Source of the DNA: Candidatus Bathyarchaeota archaeon
GTDB taxonomy: Archaea > Thermoproteota > Bathyarchaeia > Bathyarchaeales > Bathycorpusculaceae
Assembly (NCBI GenBank): GCA_963833575.1
Contig: CAWHXY010000006.1
Coordinates: 1-64,000 of the forward strand
DNA length: 64,000 bases
Direction of reading: 5' to 3'
Positions 26,445 through 35,444 of this stretch are shown piece after piece. Each line of letters opens with the position of its first letter. Position 1 is the first letter of the stretch. The notes under the pieces are model-generated. The model was not told the origin of the DNA, searched no databases, and saw nothing but the letters and a program-made list of their open reading frames with translations. The translations under genes were made by a program, and so were the position numbers.

Positions 26445-27668
26445 TTAGTGGTTGTTTTCGGGAAGGATTTTTAGTATGCGAAGAATTTTTTTGAATTCTT
26501 CCTCTTTTAACGATGCTCTTCTGCCGTTTGCATAGACTTCCTTTATCCTATCAACCACGATAGCTACAGTTTGGTCGTCAGGTTCGCTGCCAGCAAGCTC
26601 GGTTACTTTATGTTTAATTATTCCTTTTCCAGACTGCTTCCCAATTGTCAAACGCCGCTCGTTTCCTACTAATTCGGGTGGATAAGGCTCATAGGTCCAT
26701 GGGTCATTTAAAACACCGTGTGTGTGAATCCCTGACTCATGCGCAAAACCGTAGTCGCCGACGATTGCTTTGTTAGGTGGAACAATGTAGCCTGTAGCTT
26801 TGCCAATGTAGTCGGCAGTTTGCTTTAGCTTATCAGTTTTACCTTCAAACTTTTTGACAGCATGATGCAAATACAAGTTCAACAGCACCTTCTCGGTTTC
26901 AGCGTTACCTGCACGTTCGCCAATACCCAGAAACGTTGTGCTAGCGTACACTTTGTCCCATACACCCGATGCAGCTTTGATTGCCGCCATTGTGTTTTCT
27001 ACTGCGTTCCCAAAGTCATCATGCGCATGGATCTCAATTGAGTTCATTTTGGTTTCTCTCTTTATGGCTAATACTTTTGCCGGAATACCGTTTGGAAGAG
27101 GGGCTGTTGGATCAGATAATCCTATACCTACAGTGTCGCAGATACGGTAACATTCTGCACCAGCCTCGGAAACTGCATTGATCAGAGTTTTTTCAAATTC
27201 CCAGTCCGCGCGAGTGCTATCTTCACCGTGGACAAAGGTTCTTAATCCACAAGTTTTAGATGCATACTCAACGACACCCACGATGTTTTCCAAGATTTGG
27301 GTTTTGGTTTTTTCAGGCCACTTAGCCTTAAAATGTAAGTCGGAGACTGGATGAGAAATTCCCACTTCCTTAAACCCGCACGCGACAGCGCTATCAATGT
27401 CCTCTTTTACGGCGCGGCACCAACCTGCAACGCGTAAATCAAGCTGTAAATCCATTATTAATTTTGCAGCTTTTTTGTCAGGTTCTTGAAAATGGAATAA
27501 TTCAATGCGTTCAACCCCAATGTTCGCCAGAAACTGGGCTATTTTCGCTGAGTCTTTTGGGCCAGCGGCTAAGCCGGGCATTTGAATGCCATCACGCAAT
27601 GTGGTATCATCTATGATTGGCTCGGTTTTTAGAGCGGGTAACTTGAAATAGAAATCTTGTAAGTTCAT
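26445..27668 (-). CDS. DRE-TIM metallolyase (Re-citrate synthase / homocitrate synthase family)
   Basis: DTTLRDG, EDSTRAD, HAHDDFG, GIGERAGNA, FAHESGIH; no LeuA regulatory domain. Confidence 0.8.
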   Translation of the reverse strand: MNLQDFYFKLPALKTEPIIDDTTLRDGIQMPGLAAGPKDSAKIAQFLANIGVERIELFHFQEPDKKAAKLIMDLQLDLRVAGWCRAVKEDIDSAVACGFKEVGISHPVSDLHFKAKWPEKTKTQILENIVGVVEYASKTCGLRTFVHGEDSTRADWEFEKTLINAVSEAGAECYRICDTVGIGLSDPTAPLPNGIPAKVLAIKRETKMNSIEIHAHDDFGNAVENTMAAIKAASGVWDKVYASTTFLGIGERAGNAETEKVLLNLYLHHAVKKFEGKTDKLKQTADYIGKATGYIVPPNKAIVGDYGFAHESGIHTHGVLNDPWTYEPYPPELVGNERRLTIGKQSGKGIIKHKVTELAGSEPDDQTVAIVVDRIKEVYANGRRASLKEEEFKKILRILKILPENNH

Positions 27669-27853
27669 TTTTGTACTACTCTGTCATTTTTTTAATGCTT
27701 CGTCCATGCATTTCGTAATGCTAATTAACGCTTATCTGTAATTGATAAACGTTTCTCCGATACTTATGTAAGACTGTTCAATGAATAATGAGACTTAGAA
27801 ACTAAATGTCTTGTCAAAAGCAAGCAAAAACTTTACACATAAATCTAGCAAAG

Positions 27854-28168
27854 CTATTTTAGATTTGAATATAGCGCTTTAAGCGTGCCTGAAACAGCCA
27901 AAACATGCACCGATGCTTCTTTGTTAGCAAGACCGGTAACTGTAGCTAAAGAAGCTTTTACCGTGTTCAAAGCCACTAGCGCAACCCGAATCACAGCAAT
28001 TTTCCGTTCTACGTCCAAGCCGATCAGAGTTAACCCTGTTAAACTTGCGCCGACCTCACCATAAAGCCTGGTTACTGAAGCCCAAACGGCATCAATAAAT
28101 TCGCGTTCAGTGGGCAAGGTTTCACAATCCAATTGCAAAGCTAAGTAACGCCGTTTTACTCTCTTCAA
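27854..28168 (-). CDS. rnp2: ribonuclease P protein component 2 (Pop5)
   Basis: KRRYLA...LYGEVGAS...VSGTLKAL. Confidence 0.9.
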   Translation of the reverse strand: MKRVKRRYLALQLDCETLPTEREFIDAVWASVTRLYGEVGASLTGLTLIGLDVERKIAVIRVALVALNTVKASLATVTGLANKEASVHVLAVSGTLKALYSNLK

Positions 28169-28899
28169 AGCACTTTGCCCTCCTTTACTATGCTGATGCC
28201 TGGGGCAACAAATCGGTTGCTGAGTTTCTCTCGATTACGCAGAACGATACTCTCCGGATTGGTCGAAACAGCATCCAATCCTGAAGCTTCATCCAACCCA
28301 AACAGGTAAGCTAAACTTGCCATGTCTCTTGGAAAACGCATAAATCTTTGCTCGGCAACGCCGCTGGAAACCACTATGGGCACTTTGAATTCGCGTGCAA
28401 TGCTAATTTCACGTCTTAAGCTCATAAGGATCCTAACGCGTGGGGGCCCCTCCAAAATCAGCAGCGGTTTGACATCCACTTCTAATGCCGTTAAGCTGCC
28501 ACTTGCTAATTCTGCTTCAGCACGATCAAAAAACCGCTTATGATAATCTAAGCTTGGAAAACTCAAAAGGTCAACGCGACGATCTTTTGCCGCTTGCCTT
28601 GCTACTTCCTTATTGTCACATGAGATGCATATGACTTCGAATCTTCGTCTGAACTTACGCAAGAAATGAGTTAAGTCATTTTCTGACCTGGGATGAAAAT
28701 CTGCGCGTGAAACAAAATCTATACCTGCTTCTGCACAAATTGATTTTAGTTTGCCTAAGTCGTCTTCGTGCATTCCGGAAGTGAAGGGAATTGAAATTAA
28801 GCTATATCCGAAGTTTGCAGCACGGTTGATTAGTTCGCGGGTTGCCTTTTGGTCTTTGGGGTTAACTCGTAAATGCAAGTCGGTGAAAACTCTTGTCAT
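28165..28899 (-). CDS. rnp3: ribonuclease P protein component 3 (Rpp30)
   Basis: FTDLHL, ARQAAKDRRVDLL, PIVVSSG; conserved context. Confidence 0.88.
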   Translation of the reverse strand: MTRVFTDLHLRVNPKDQKATRELINRAANFGYSLISIPFTSGMHEDDLGKLKSICAEAGIDFVSRADFHPRSENDLTHFLRKFRRRFEVICISCDNKEVARQAAKDRRVDLLSFPSLDYHKRFFDRAEAELASGSLTALEVDVKPLLILEGPPRVRILMSLRREISIAREFKVPIVVSSGVAEQRFMRFPRDMASLAYLFGLDEASGLDAVSTNPESIVLRNREKLSNRFVAPGISIVKEGKVL

Positions 28900-29342
28900 G
28901 GCAGCAACCCAGAGCTCTTGCAGATTTCAGATATTTCTTCCGGTGTCTTATTCTTGAAATGTATTTTGAGGTGAATGGGGTCATTTTGGCCAAACTTTAC
29001 GGTACCTAAAAAGGCGGCTTGCTTGTCAAATCTAAGGTATAAATTTCGCTTTTCCAAATGCAATTTTAAATCGCGGCATAACTCTTCTTTATCTAGCGAG
29101 TTCAAGTTTGCACCAATTTTTTCTAAAAATAATGGAAGGAGCTTTTTATCAGTTAGTTGGATTGTAAAAAGAGTAATGGGGTTTCCATGATGCCCTGTTA
29201 AACTTGTTTTTTGGAAAATAAGGGTTTGAGCCAATTCTTCTGGCAACAAGTTTTTTACGGCAGTTTCAACTTTGTCCGTGTCTTCGGTTGCGTGTGCGAA
29301 TACTCGAATATCTATGTATCCTATTGGCGGTTTCGAAGACAT
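28896..29342 (-). CDS. exosome-locus RNA-binding protein (DUF54 family)
   Basis: HATEDTDKV, GHHGNPI, LYLRFDKQAA. Confidence 0.88.
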   Translation of the reverse strand: MSSKPPIGYIDIRVFAHATEDTDKVETAVKNLLPEELAQTLIFQKTSLTGHHGNPITLFTIQLTDKKLLPLFLEKIGANLNSLDKEELCRDLKLHLEKRNLYLRFDKQAAFLGTVKFGQNDPIHLKIHFKNKTPEEISEICKSSGLLP

Positions 29343-29367
29343 TGGTTACCGGTTTGTCTTTGGGCTT

Positions 29368-29634
29368 CTAGCTTTTAGCTTTTTTCTTTGGCTGTGTCTC
29401 GATTTGGGGAGTTTGTGGTTTTGAGGTTGCTTCCGTTTTTGCTTTTTCTGCGTGTGCCTTTAAGGTTGCGACGTTTTCGTCATGGAAAGATTTTCTTTTA
29501 ATATCAAGGTGGATGCCTATTTTTTGAGCTTGCTGCTTGTCTAAACCTGCTTTCTCGAGTTCAGTTGGGCTAAATCCTTTTCCGAAGGTTTGTTTCCCAT
29601 TTCGCTTAGTTACTATGGCTCTGATATGATGCAT
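29368..29634 (-). CDS. rpl13e: 50S ribosomal protein L13e
   Basis: GKGFSPTELEKAGL...IGIHLDIKRKSFHDENV. Confidence 0.85.
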   Translation of the reverse strand: MHHIRAIVTKRNGKQTFGKGFSPTELEKAGLDKQQAQKIGIHLDIKRKSFHDENVATLKAHAEKAKTEATSKPQTPQIETQPKKKAKS

Positions 29635-29638
29635 TTTT

Positions 29639-30232
29639 TTACCACCTTTGCACGTCGGGGTGCCTTGCGCCTCTTTGATGGCTTGGTCGAGCTTTTTCTG
29701 AGCCTTTTCCACGGTGATGTAATCCTCTTACGTTTTTGCCTGCGCTTGTCATGCTTCTGAAGACTCTGCTTGTATGTTGCTTTTCAGTTATCCAGTTGAT
29801 ATCTTTGTCTGTTTTTATGCCTGGAGCCTTTGGATCAACCAATATAACTTCGAACCACTTGTGTTTTCCGTCTTCGCCTACCCAATAGCTGTTCAAAACT
29901 TCCATGTTTGGAAAATGTCTTGCTGTACGTTCTTCAGCTATAAGTTTTAGGCTTTTGCCTGGTTTGAATTTGGCGACACCCATACGTTTGGGGCGTCTGC
30001 CAGACCGTGGGCGTAATTTCCTCAAATTGCCTCTACGAACTTTTGTTCGGGCTATAATGAAACCTTGTTTGGCTTTAAAGCCAAGTTTTCTCGCCCTGTC
30101 AAGCCTTGTTGCATGCTCAATGCGAAGCGTCGATGGCTGCTTTCGCCATTGCACTAATCTTTCGCGCATGAGTTCTTCAACGAAGGATTTTTCAGGCTGC
30201 GTCCATTCTTCTGCTATGTATTTATATGCCAT
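29639..30232 (-). CDS. rpl15e: 50S ribosomal protein L15e
   Basis: TRLDRARKLGFKAKQG, VLNSYWVGEDGKHKWFEVILVDP. Confidence 0.97.
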   Translation of the reverse strand: MAYKYIAEEWTQPEKSFVEELMRERLVQWRKQPSTLRIEHATRLDRARKLGFKAKQGFIIARTKVRRGNLRKLRPRSGRRPKRMGVAKFKPGKSLKLIAEERTARHFPNMEVLNSYWVGEDGKHKWFEVILVDPKAPGIKTDKDINWITEKQHTSRVFRSMTSAGKNVRGLHHRGKGSEKARPSHQRGARHPDVQRW

Positions 30233-30258
30233 TTTTTCAATTTTCCTCCAATGTTTCT

Positions 30259-30316
30259 TTGCTTACGGTTCAGCCTTTTGGCCACATCCCAACGGACATG
30301 ATTGTCCGCCTGCAAT
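30259..30316 (-). promoter_or_regulatory. candidate eL15 ribosomal leader (structured 5' UTR)
   Basis: Minus strand TTGC-AGG-CGGACA-ATCA-TGTCCG-TTGGGATGTG-GCC-AAAA-GGC-TGAACCGTAA-GCAA: two hairpins inside an outer stem, just before the rpl15e RBS. Confidence 0.55.
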
Positions 30317-30567
30317 TTCACATCATAGTGCCACGCAACAAAATAAACCTTTCCAGCAATAGCCTTGTCTTGAAGCAGAAGCTTTCCTACGTGAACTGCT
30401 GACTGAAGACGAATTAGTTTTATACAAGGCTTGGAAAGAGATTTTGTTTGATTTATAAGTGTGGGGCGCCTTCATGTAAACGAAGAGCTTCTTTTGTTCT
30501 CTTGGCTGACCCGGTTGAGTCACTGATTCTTTTCGAAGAAAAACAAGGGAAAAAGGGGTAAAAAACT

Positions 30568-30864
30568 TTGTATATTGATAGCGGAGCATCGGCTCAGAAA
30601 GAAGATAACCTAAAACGCTCGGGCACCCAAGAAGGTACCGGGCGATTAATTCGACCAATAGTTAGTATCGGTGACCATAGAATGTGTCCTGAATGCAGAT
30701 CATTAGGATGTGTGGTTTGGGTTTCGCAAGACCAAAAGACAATGGGCATACAATGTCACAGGAGCCACCGCGAAGCGAGCAGGCCACAAACCAAATACGG
30801 AGCAACCGTTGTGCGCTCAACCAAAACGAGAAAAAACATCGTTTTCTTAACAGCTGTGGCATAA
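30568..30864 (+). CDS. small zinc-finger-like hypothetical protein
   Basis: CPEC...CxxxH. Confidence 0.5.
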   Translation: MYIDSGASAQKEDNLKRSGTQEGTGRLIRPIVSIGDHRMCPECRSLGCVVWVSQDQKTMGIQCHRSHREASRPQTKYGATVVRSTKTRKNIVFLTAVA

Positions 30865-31124
30865 CAAAAAAGCTGAATTGCTCCACCTAAGGAAGGGCTC
30901 AGCAATCAGAAAAGAGATCGGAAACGATTACACTTTTACCGAATGTGGCAACAATTTCAAGGCCTCACTGCTAAATCTTTTCTTTTTGATAAATTGAGAG
31001 ACAAATCAACACATATTTTTTTAAAAAAGCAATCTGTTGTGTGCGACGCGTAACAATCAATAATCAATAATATTTGGTAAATGTTTAAATCGAAAGAAGA
31101 TTTTCTCGAAGGAGATTGTGAGAA

Positions 31125-31763
31125 ATGATGTCATTTCAAAATGATGCTGAGAAATTTCAGTTTCTTGTCAAGTTGGCTTTGGAGCATGGGGCTGCTGACG
31201 CTAAAATTATCCCAACAACTAAAGTAGTTGTTGAAGACCGTGTGGTGCTCAAATGCAAAGTAGGCTGCAACCATTATGGCAAAACCTTAGCTTGCCCACC
31301 TTACACGCCTTCGGCTGAGGAATTTAGAAAAATCGTAAGCGAATACAGCTATGCTATGTTTATGAAATTCAAATCACAGGCAGAAGCTGACCCAGAAGTG
31401 CTCAAAAAACTTATGGTCGCAGAAACTGACCCTGCTGTTCCAAAAGATATCAAGGAGAAAGCAGCAAAATTTTGGGTAGACTGGAAAGCTGACAAACGCA
31501 AAATGCTCCAATCCGTGGTTGATTTAGAAAAAGCAGCCATGAGCAAAGGCTACAGCTTAGCAATATCCTTCGTTTCGGGACACTGTCAACTCTGCGAAAA
31601 ATGTAACACAGAAACAAAAATTTGCGCCCACCCCAATCTAGCGCGTTGGTCGGAAGACGCCGTCGGAGTAAACGTGAAAAAAACCGCGGCCAACGCTGGA
31701 ATGGAGGTTACCTTCCCGTTTGCAAAGAACCCTGAATCTTTCGCACTGCTTCTTATAGATTAA
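31125..31763 (+). CDS. DUF2284 family metal-binding protein
   Basis: KCKVGCNHYGKTLACPP; GHCQLCEKC...C; SEDAVGVNV. Confidence 0.85.
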   Translation: MMSFQNDAEKFQFLVKLALEHGAADAKIIPTTKVVVEDRVVLKCKVGCNHYGKTLACPPYTPSAEEFRKIVSEYSYAMFMKFKSQAEADPEVLKKLMVAETDPAVPKDIKEKAAKFWVDWKADKRKMLQSVVDLEKAAMSKGYSLAISFVSGHCQLCEKCNTETKICAHPNLARWSEDAVGVNVKKTAANAGMEVTFPFAKNPESFALLLID

Positions 31764-31860
31764 CGATTCCTTTTCTTATGAAGAAGAAGGACACTAATTT
31801 TCGCATTTTTTGGTAAGGCTGTTTTGTGTTGCTTCTTTAGTTTAGGCTTTAATTCATTTG

Positions 31861-31950
31861 CAGCTTGAGTCTGTAATAGTCACTATCAGTCATTAATAGT
31901 CATAAATAGTCCTTAATAGTCATAAATAGTCAATAGCAGTCATAACAAGT
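31861..31950. repeat. 10-bp tandem repeat array (AGTC-N6, consensus CATAAATAGT, 9 units)
   Basis: cagcttgagt ctgtaatagt cactatcagt cattaatagt cataaatagt ccttaatagt cataaatagt caatagcagt cataacaagt. Confidence 0.85.
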
Positions 31951-32102
31951 AGTCTTGTTATTCATCAAATGTCAACAGGCACCAAGGAAAAAATTGGTCA
32001 TACCTCAATTAATCTTAGGATTTCAGCTCCAAATGCAGACAAAATAAGTAGAAATGTGTGAGAAAGCAAAATCTAAATAACTTAACTTACAAAAGAGAAA
32101 AC

Positions 32103-32372
32103 ATGAAACTTCTGCTCGATGAAATGTACGCCGGTTTGAAAGAGTACTTTGAAACCTTAGGCTATGAAGTATTAACAGCTCAAGAAGCAGGCTTAAAAAG
32201 CGCAAAAGACCGAGATGTTGTAGAATACGCAGGCAAACACAATTTGATACTCATTACCCAAGACCAAAAATCCGCTGAATTAACAGAGTTGCTGGGTGTC
32301 AAATGTATTTTCATTTCTAATTTGATGATTGCCAAGCTAGTTGACGAGAAAATCAAACTGATGTTTAAATGA
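32103..32372 (+). CDS. DUF5615/Mut7-C PIN-like domain protein
   Basis: MKLLLDEM...GYEV...DRDVVEYA...ILITQD. Confidence 0.8.
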   Translation: MKLLLDEMYAGLKEYFETLGYEVLTAQEAGLKSAKDRDVVEYAGKHNLILITQDQKSAELTELLGVKCIFISNLMIAKLVDEKIKLMFK

Positions 32373-32919
32373 GGATGTGGCGAAGGTATTTGTTCCACAG
32401 GTATGAGGCTGCGTAACCAGCTACGATGCCAGTTACTGGACCCATAAACAGTACCATCGCATCTAGCATGGTGCTTCTTTGAATGAACAAGCCGATGCCT
32501 GAGAACTCTTTTGCAAAAGGAATAAACTGAGGAAATAGGGCAAATGCCGAGTAGCTCAATATTCCAATTAGCATTGTGCTAAGTGCCATTACAGCCATCA
32601 GCCGGTTGCGATTTACACCTTCGCGGGAACCATTGATTCTGAAAATATACATGAAAGCATCGACCAAGATTCCGAATATAAGTGTGAAGAAAAATGTGAA
32701 TGGCCCTAAAGCCGGGTTTCCGATTGCTGTTAGAAGCCCTCCAACAGCACCGACGTATGTGGCACCTACTTTTCTGATGAATAATCCGCTGAGGGCAAGC
32801 AGAACTGCTTCAACCACAATTAATACATAATTTAATGGAGGCGGTAAAAAGACGTTAACGACAAAGATGATTGAGCCGAAAAGCGCAGTTAAAATTAATT
32901 GGTTAATCTTATGCGTCAT
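32365..32919 (-). CDS. multi-pass membrane protein (ECF S-component-like)
   Basis: 5-6 hydrophobic helices, about 180 aa. Confidence 0.55.
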   Translation of the reverse strand: MTHKINQLILTALFGSIIFVVNVFLPPPLNYVLIVVEAVLLALSGLFIRKVGATYVGAVGGLLTAIGNPALGPFTFFFTLIFGILVDAFMYIFRINGSREGVNRNRLMAVMALSTMLIGILSYSAFALFPQFIPFAKEFSGIGLFIQRSTMLDAMVLFMGPVTGIVAGYAASYLWNKYLRHILI

Positions 32920-33097
32920 TTGCCCCTCTTTGTATAGGATTCCACTTTGCTCTCTAAAAAGCGTAATGCAAAAAATGTTGAAAATTTGGGTTAACCCGCA
33001 AAGAGCAATGCAGTTAGAGCGACATTTGTTTTAAACAGAAAAGCATAAATTGCAAGGCTGCAATAATGAGTTAACATCCAATATTTGACTTATTAGT

Positions 33098-33871
33098 GTG
33101 AAAAAAGGGGAGTATAGATTGAGCACTCACGCGGAAGATTTGAAACTTCGTTTAATGACAATCGAGCTGTTGCGAACAGCAAAATACAAACGAAATATTA
33201 CTTATCGCGAATTAGCTTCAAAAACAGGCTTGCCAGTCACAGTACTTAGTCGTTACGCAAAAGGCCATGTGCTGCCAAACACAACAAGAGCTAAACAACT
33301 TTGGCGAGTTCTAACCAAAATGGTAGGTTTAGAAGCCGAACTTCGTAGCAGAATAAAATTTGATGACAATGGATACTTTGACAACACAGAAATTGTAGGT
33401 GATTACAACATCCTTTCGCAAGCAGCGAATCATGCACTTGCAAATTTTGCAGGCAAAAGAGTTACCAAAGTTTTGACGGCAGCCGTTGATGGAATTCCGT
33501 TAGCCACCATGGTAGCTAACGCGTTAGGCGTTAACCTTATCGTGGCAAAGCGAAACAAAGAAGTCGGCGTAAAAGCTTTCCTAGACGAAACATTTGTTCT
33601 AGGAAGAGATTCAGGAGTAACAGTAACACTCTACATTCCTAAAGAAGCAATAAAGAAACGCGACAGCGTCCTAATCGTAGATGACATGATTAAAAGCGGC
33701 GAAACACAAGAAGCACTCGTAACGCTTGTCAAGAAATCGAAAGCTGAAGTTTCCGGCATCTTCTCGCTCATCGCTGTCGGAGAAGAATGGAAGAAACGCC
33801 TAAAATCAGGCGAAGATTCCCCAGTTGAAGTAGTTACCGCACTCAAATCGCCCTTAGACTCTTCCAATTAA
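33098..33871 (+). CDS. HTH-phosphoribosyltransferase protein (PurR-like)
   Basis: TYRELASKTGLPVTVLSRY HTH; VLIVDDMIKSGET PRPP loop. Confidence 0.85.
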   Translation: MKKGEYRLSTHAEDLKLRLMTIELLRTAKYKRNITYRELASKTGLPVTVLSRYAKGHVLPNTTRAKQLWRVLTKMVGLEAELRSRIKFDDNGYFDNTEIVGDYNILSQAANHALANFAGKRVTKVLTAAVDGIPLATMVANALGVNLIVAKRNKEVGVKAFLDETFVLGRDSGVTVTLYIPKEAIKKRDSVLIVDDMIKSGETQEALVTLVKKSKAEVSGIFSLIAVGEEWKKRLKSGEDSPVEVVTALKSPLDSSN

Positions 33872-33928
33872 ACCACAAGCCAACATTTTTCTTTTAGTTT
33901 TCTATCAGCCATTTGGAAGCATTATAAA

Positions 33929-34321
33929 TTGAAAATAGGTCATATAACTTTACTAGTCAAAGATTTTGATGAAGCCATAAATTTTTATGTTAAAAAATTG
34001 GGTTTTCAGAAAATCCGAGACGACAAGTTCGAGGGAAGTATGCGTTGGGTTACTGTCTCGCCAAAAGATCAACCGGACATAGCGTTAACATTCGTCTTAG
34101 CAGACACTGAAGAGAAGCTCAAAGCTTTGGGAAAGCAGGCAGGAGACCATGTTTTTATGACTCTATTGACGAATGACTGCAAACGAGATTACCAAACAAT
34201 GAAAGCTAAGGGAGTAAAGTTCTACGGTGAACCTACAAAACAAATGTGGGGCATCGAAGTTGTTTTAGAAGACCTCTACGGCAACCTATACGATTTAGTC
34301 CAACGAGAGTTTAAGCAATAA
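33929..34321 (+). CDS. VOC/glyoxalase family protein
   Basis: HITLLVKDFDEAINFY...EDLYGNLYDL. Confidence 0.9.
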   Translation: MKIGHITLLVKDFDEAINFYVKKLGFQKIRDDKFEGSMRWVTVSPKDQPDIALTFVLADTEEKLKALGKQAGDHVFMTLLTNDCKRDYQTMKAKGVKFYGEPTKQMWGIEVVLEDLYGNLYDLVQREFKQ

Positions 34322-34386
34322 CTATCGAAAATCTTTAACACTCCCTTTCAACCTAAGTAAGCCAATAACATTAACAGCTGAGAGTA

Positions 34387-35412
34387 TTGAAAATGCGGAT
34401 GATAAAGTGGCAAAACGGAACCGTCATAACACCAGACCAAACCAAACTTCCCCTTCAAGAAGTGACTTTGGAAATTAATACTGTTGCTCAGATGGCTGAA
34501 GCGATAAAAACTCTTCGTGTTAGGGGCGCTCCATTGCTTGGGGCGGCAGCAGCGTTTGGAGTAGCCTTGGCAGCTTATAATTCAAAAGCAATAAACAAAG
34601 AAAAACTGTTATCTGAGCTTGAGGATGCAGGCTCAATTATTAAGAGTCAACGGCCAACAGCTGTGAACTTGTTTTGGGGCACAGACCGCGTTCTAAACAA
34701 GGCTCGAGCATTTTCAGGAAATGTTGAAGAACTCAAAGCAGTGGTCATCGAAGAAGCAAAAAAAATTGCGGATGAAGATGCGGCTCAGAACCATGCAATT
34801 GGTAAAAACGGTGCCGAGCTCATTAAAGATGGAGATACAATTTTGACGCATTGTAACGCTGGCGAATTGGCAACTGTTGAATATGGCACTGCTTTGGGTG
34901 TTGTTCGTGCGGCTTGGGAACAAGGCAAAAAAATCAAAGTTGTTGCCGACGAAACCCGACCTCTATTGCAGGGTGCGAGGCTCACAGCTTATGAACTTAA
35001 ACGCGACGGTATACCCATCACTTTGATAACAGATAACATGGCTGGTTACTTCATGAGCAAAGGACTTGTCAACAAAGTTATTGTGGGCGCCGACCGCATC
35101 GTTCAAGACGCAGTAGTTAACAAGATTGGCACGTACTCTGTAGCGGTATTGGCTCATGAGCACGGGATACCGTTTTATGTTACAGCGCCAAAATCAACCT
35201 TTGACTTAGCACACAAAGCGTCTGACGTTATTATTGAAGAGCGCAAACCCGAAGAAGTCACCCACATCGGCTCCCAACAAATCGCTCCCGACGGCGTCAA
35301 CGTTATGAATCCGGCATTTGACATTACGCCCTTAAAGTATGTGTCTGCGATAATCTGCGAAACTCAAGTTTACTACAACAAAAATTTTGGTTTGTTCAAA
35401 AAACAGCGTTAA
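34387..35412 (+). CDS. mtnA: methylthioribose-1-phosphate isomerase
   Basis: VRGAPLLG, RPTAVNL, THCNAGELATVEYGTALG, ETRPLLQGARLTAYEL, NPAFDITP. Confidence 0.9.
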   Translation: MKMRMIKWQNGTVITPDQTKLPLQEVTLEINTVAQMAEAIKTLRVRGAPLLGAAAAFGVALAAYNSKAINKEKLLSELEDAGSIIKSQRPTAVNLFWGTDRVLNKARAFSGNVEELKAVVIEEAKKIADEDAAQNHAIGKNGAELIKDGDTILTHCNAGELATVEYGTALGVVRAAWEQGKKIKVVADETRPLLQGARLTAYELKRDGIPITLITDNMAGYFMSKGLVNKVIVGADRIVQDAVVNKIGTYSVAVLAHEHGIPFYVTAPKSTFDLAHKASDVIIEERKPEEVTHIGSQQIAPDGVNVMNPAFDITPLKYVSAIICETQVYYNKNFGLFKKQR

Positions 35413-35444
35413 TTAAGAAAAACCCGGGAAAATTCTTGCGGAGT

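Noticed and set aside
30240-30560. RNase P RNA beside the RNase P protein genes
   Set aside because: No GAGGAAAGUCC or AAACAGAA conserved regions and GC content too low.
31861-31950. CRISPR array
   Set aside because: Period is only 10 bp with no 25-40 bp repeat or unique spacers, and there are no cas genes; kept as a tandem repeat.
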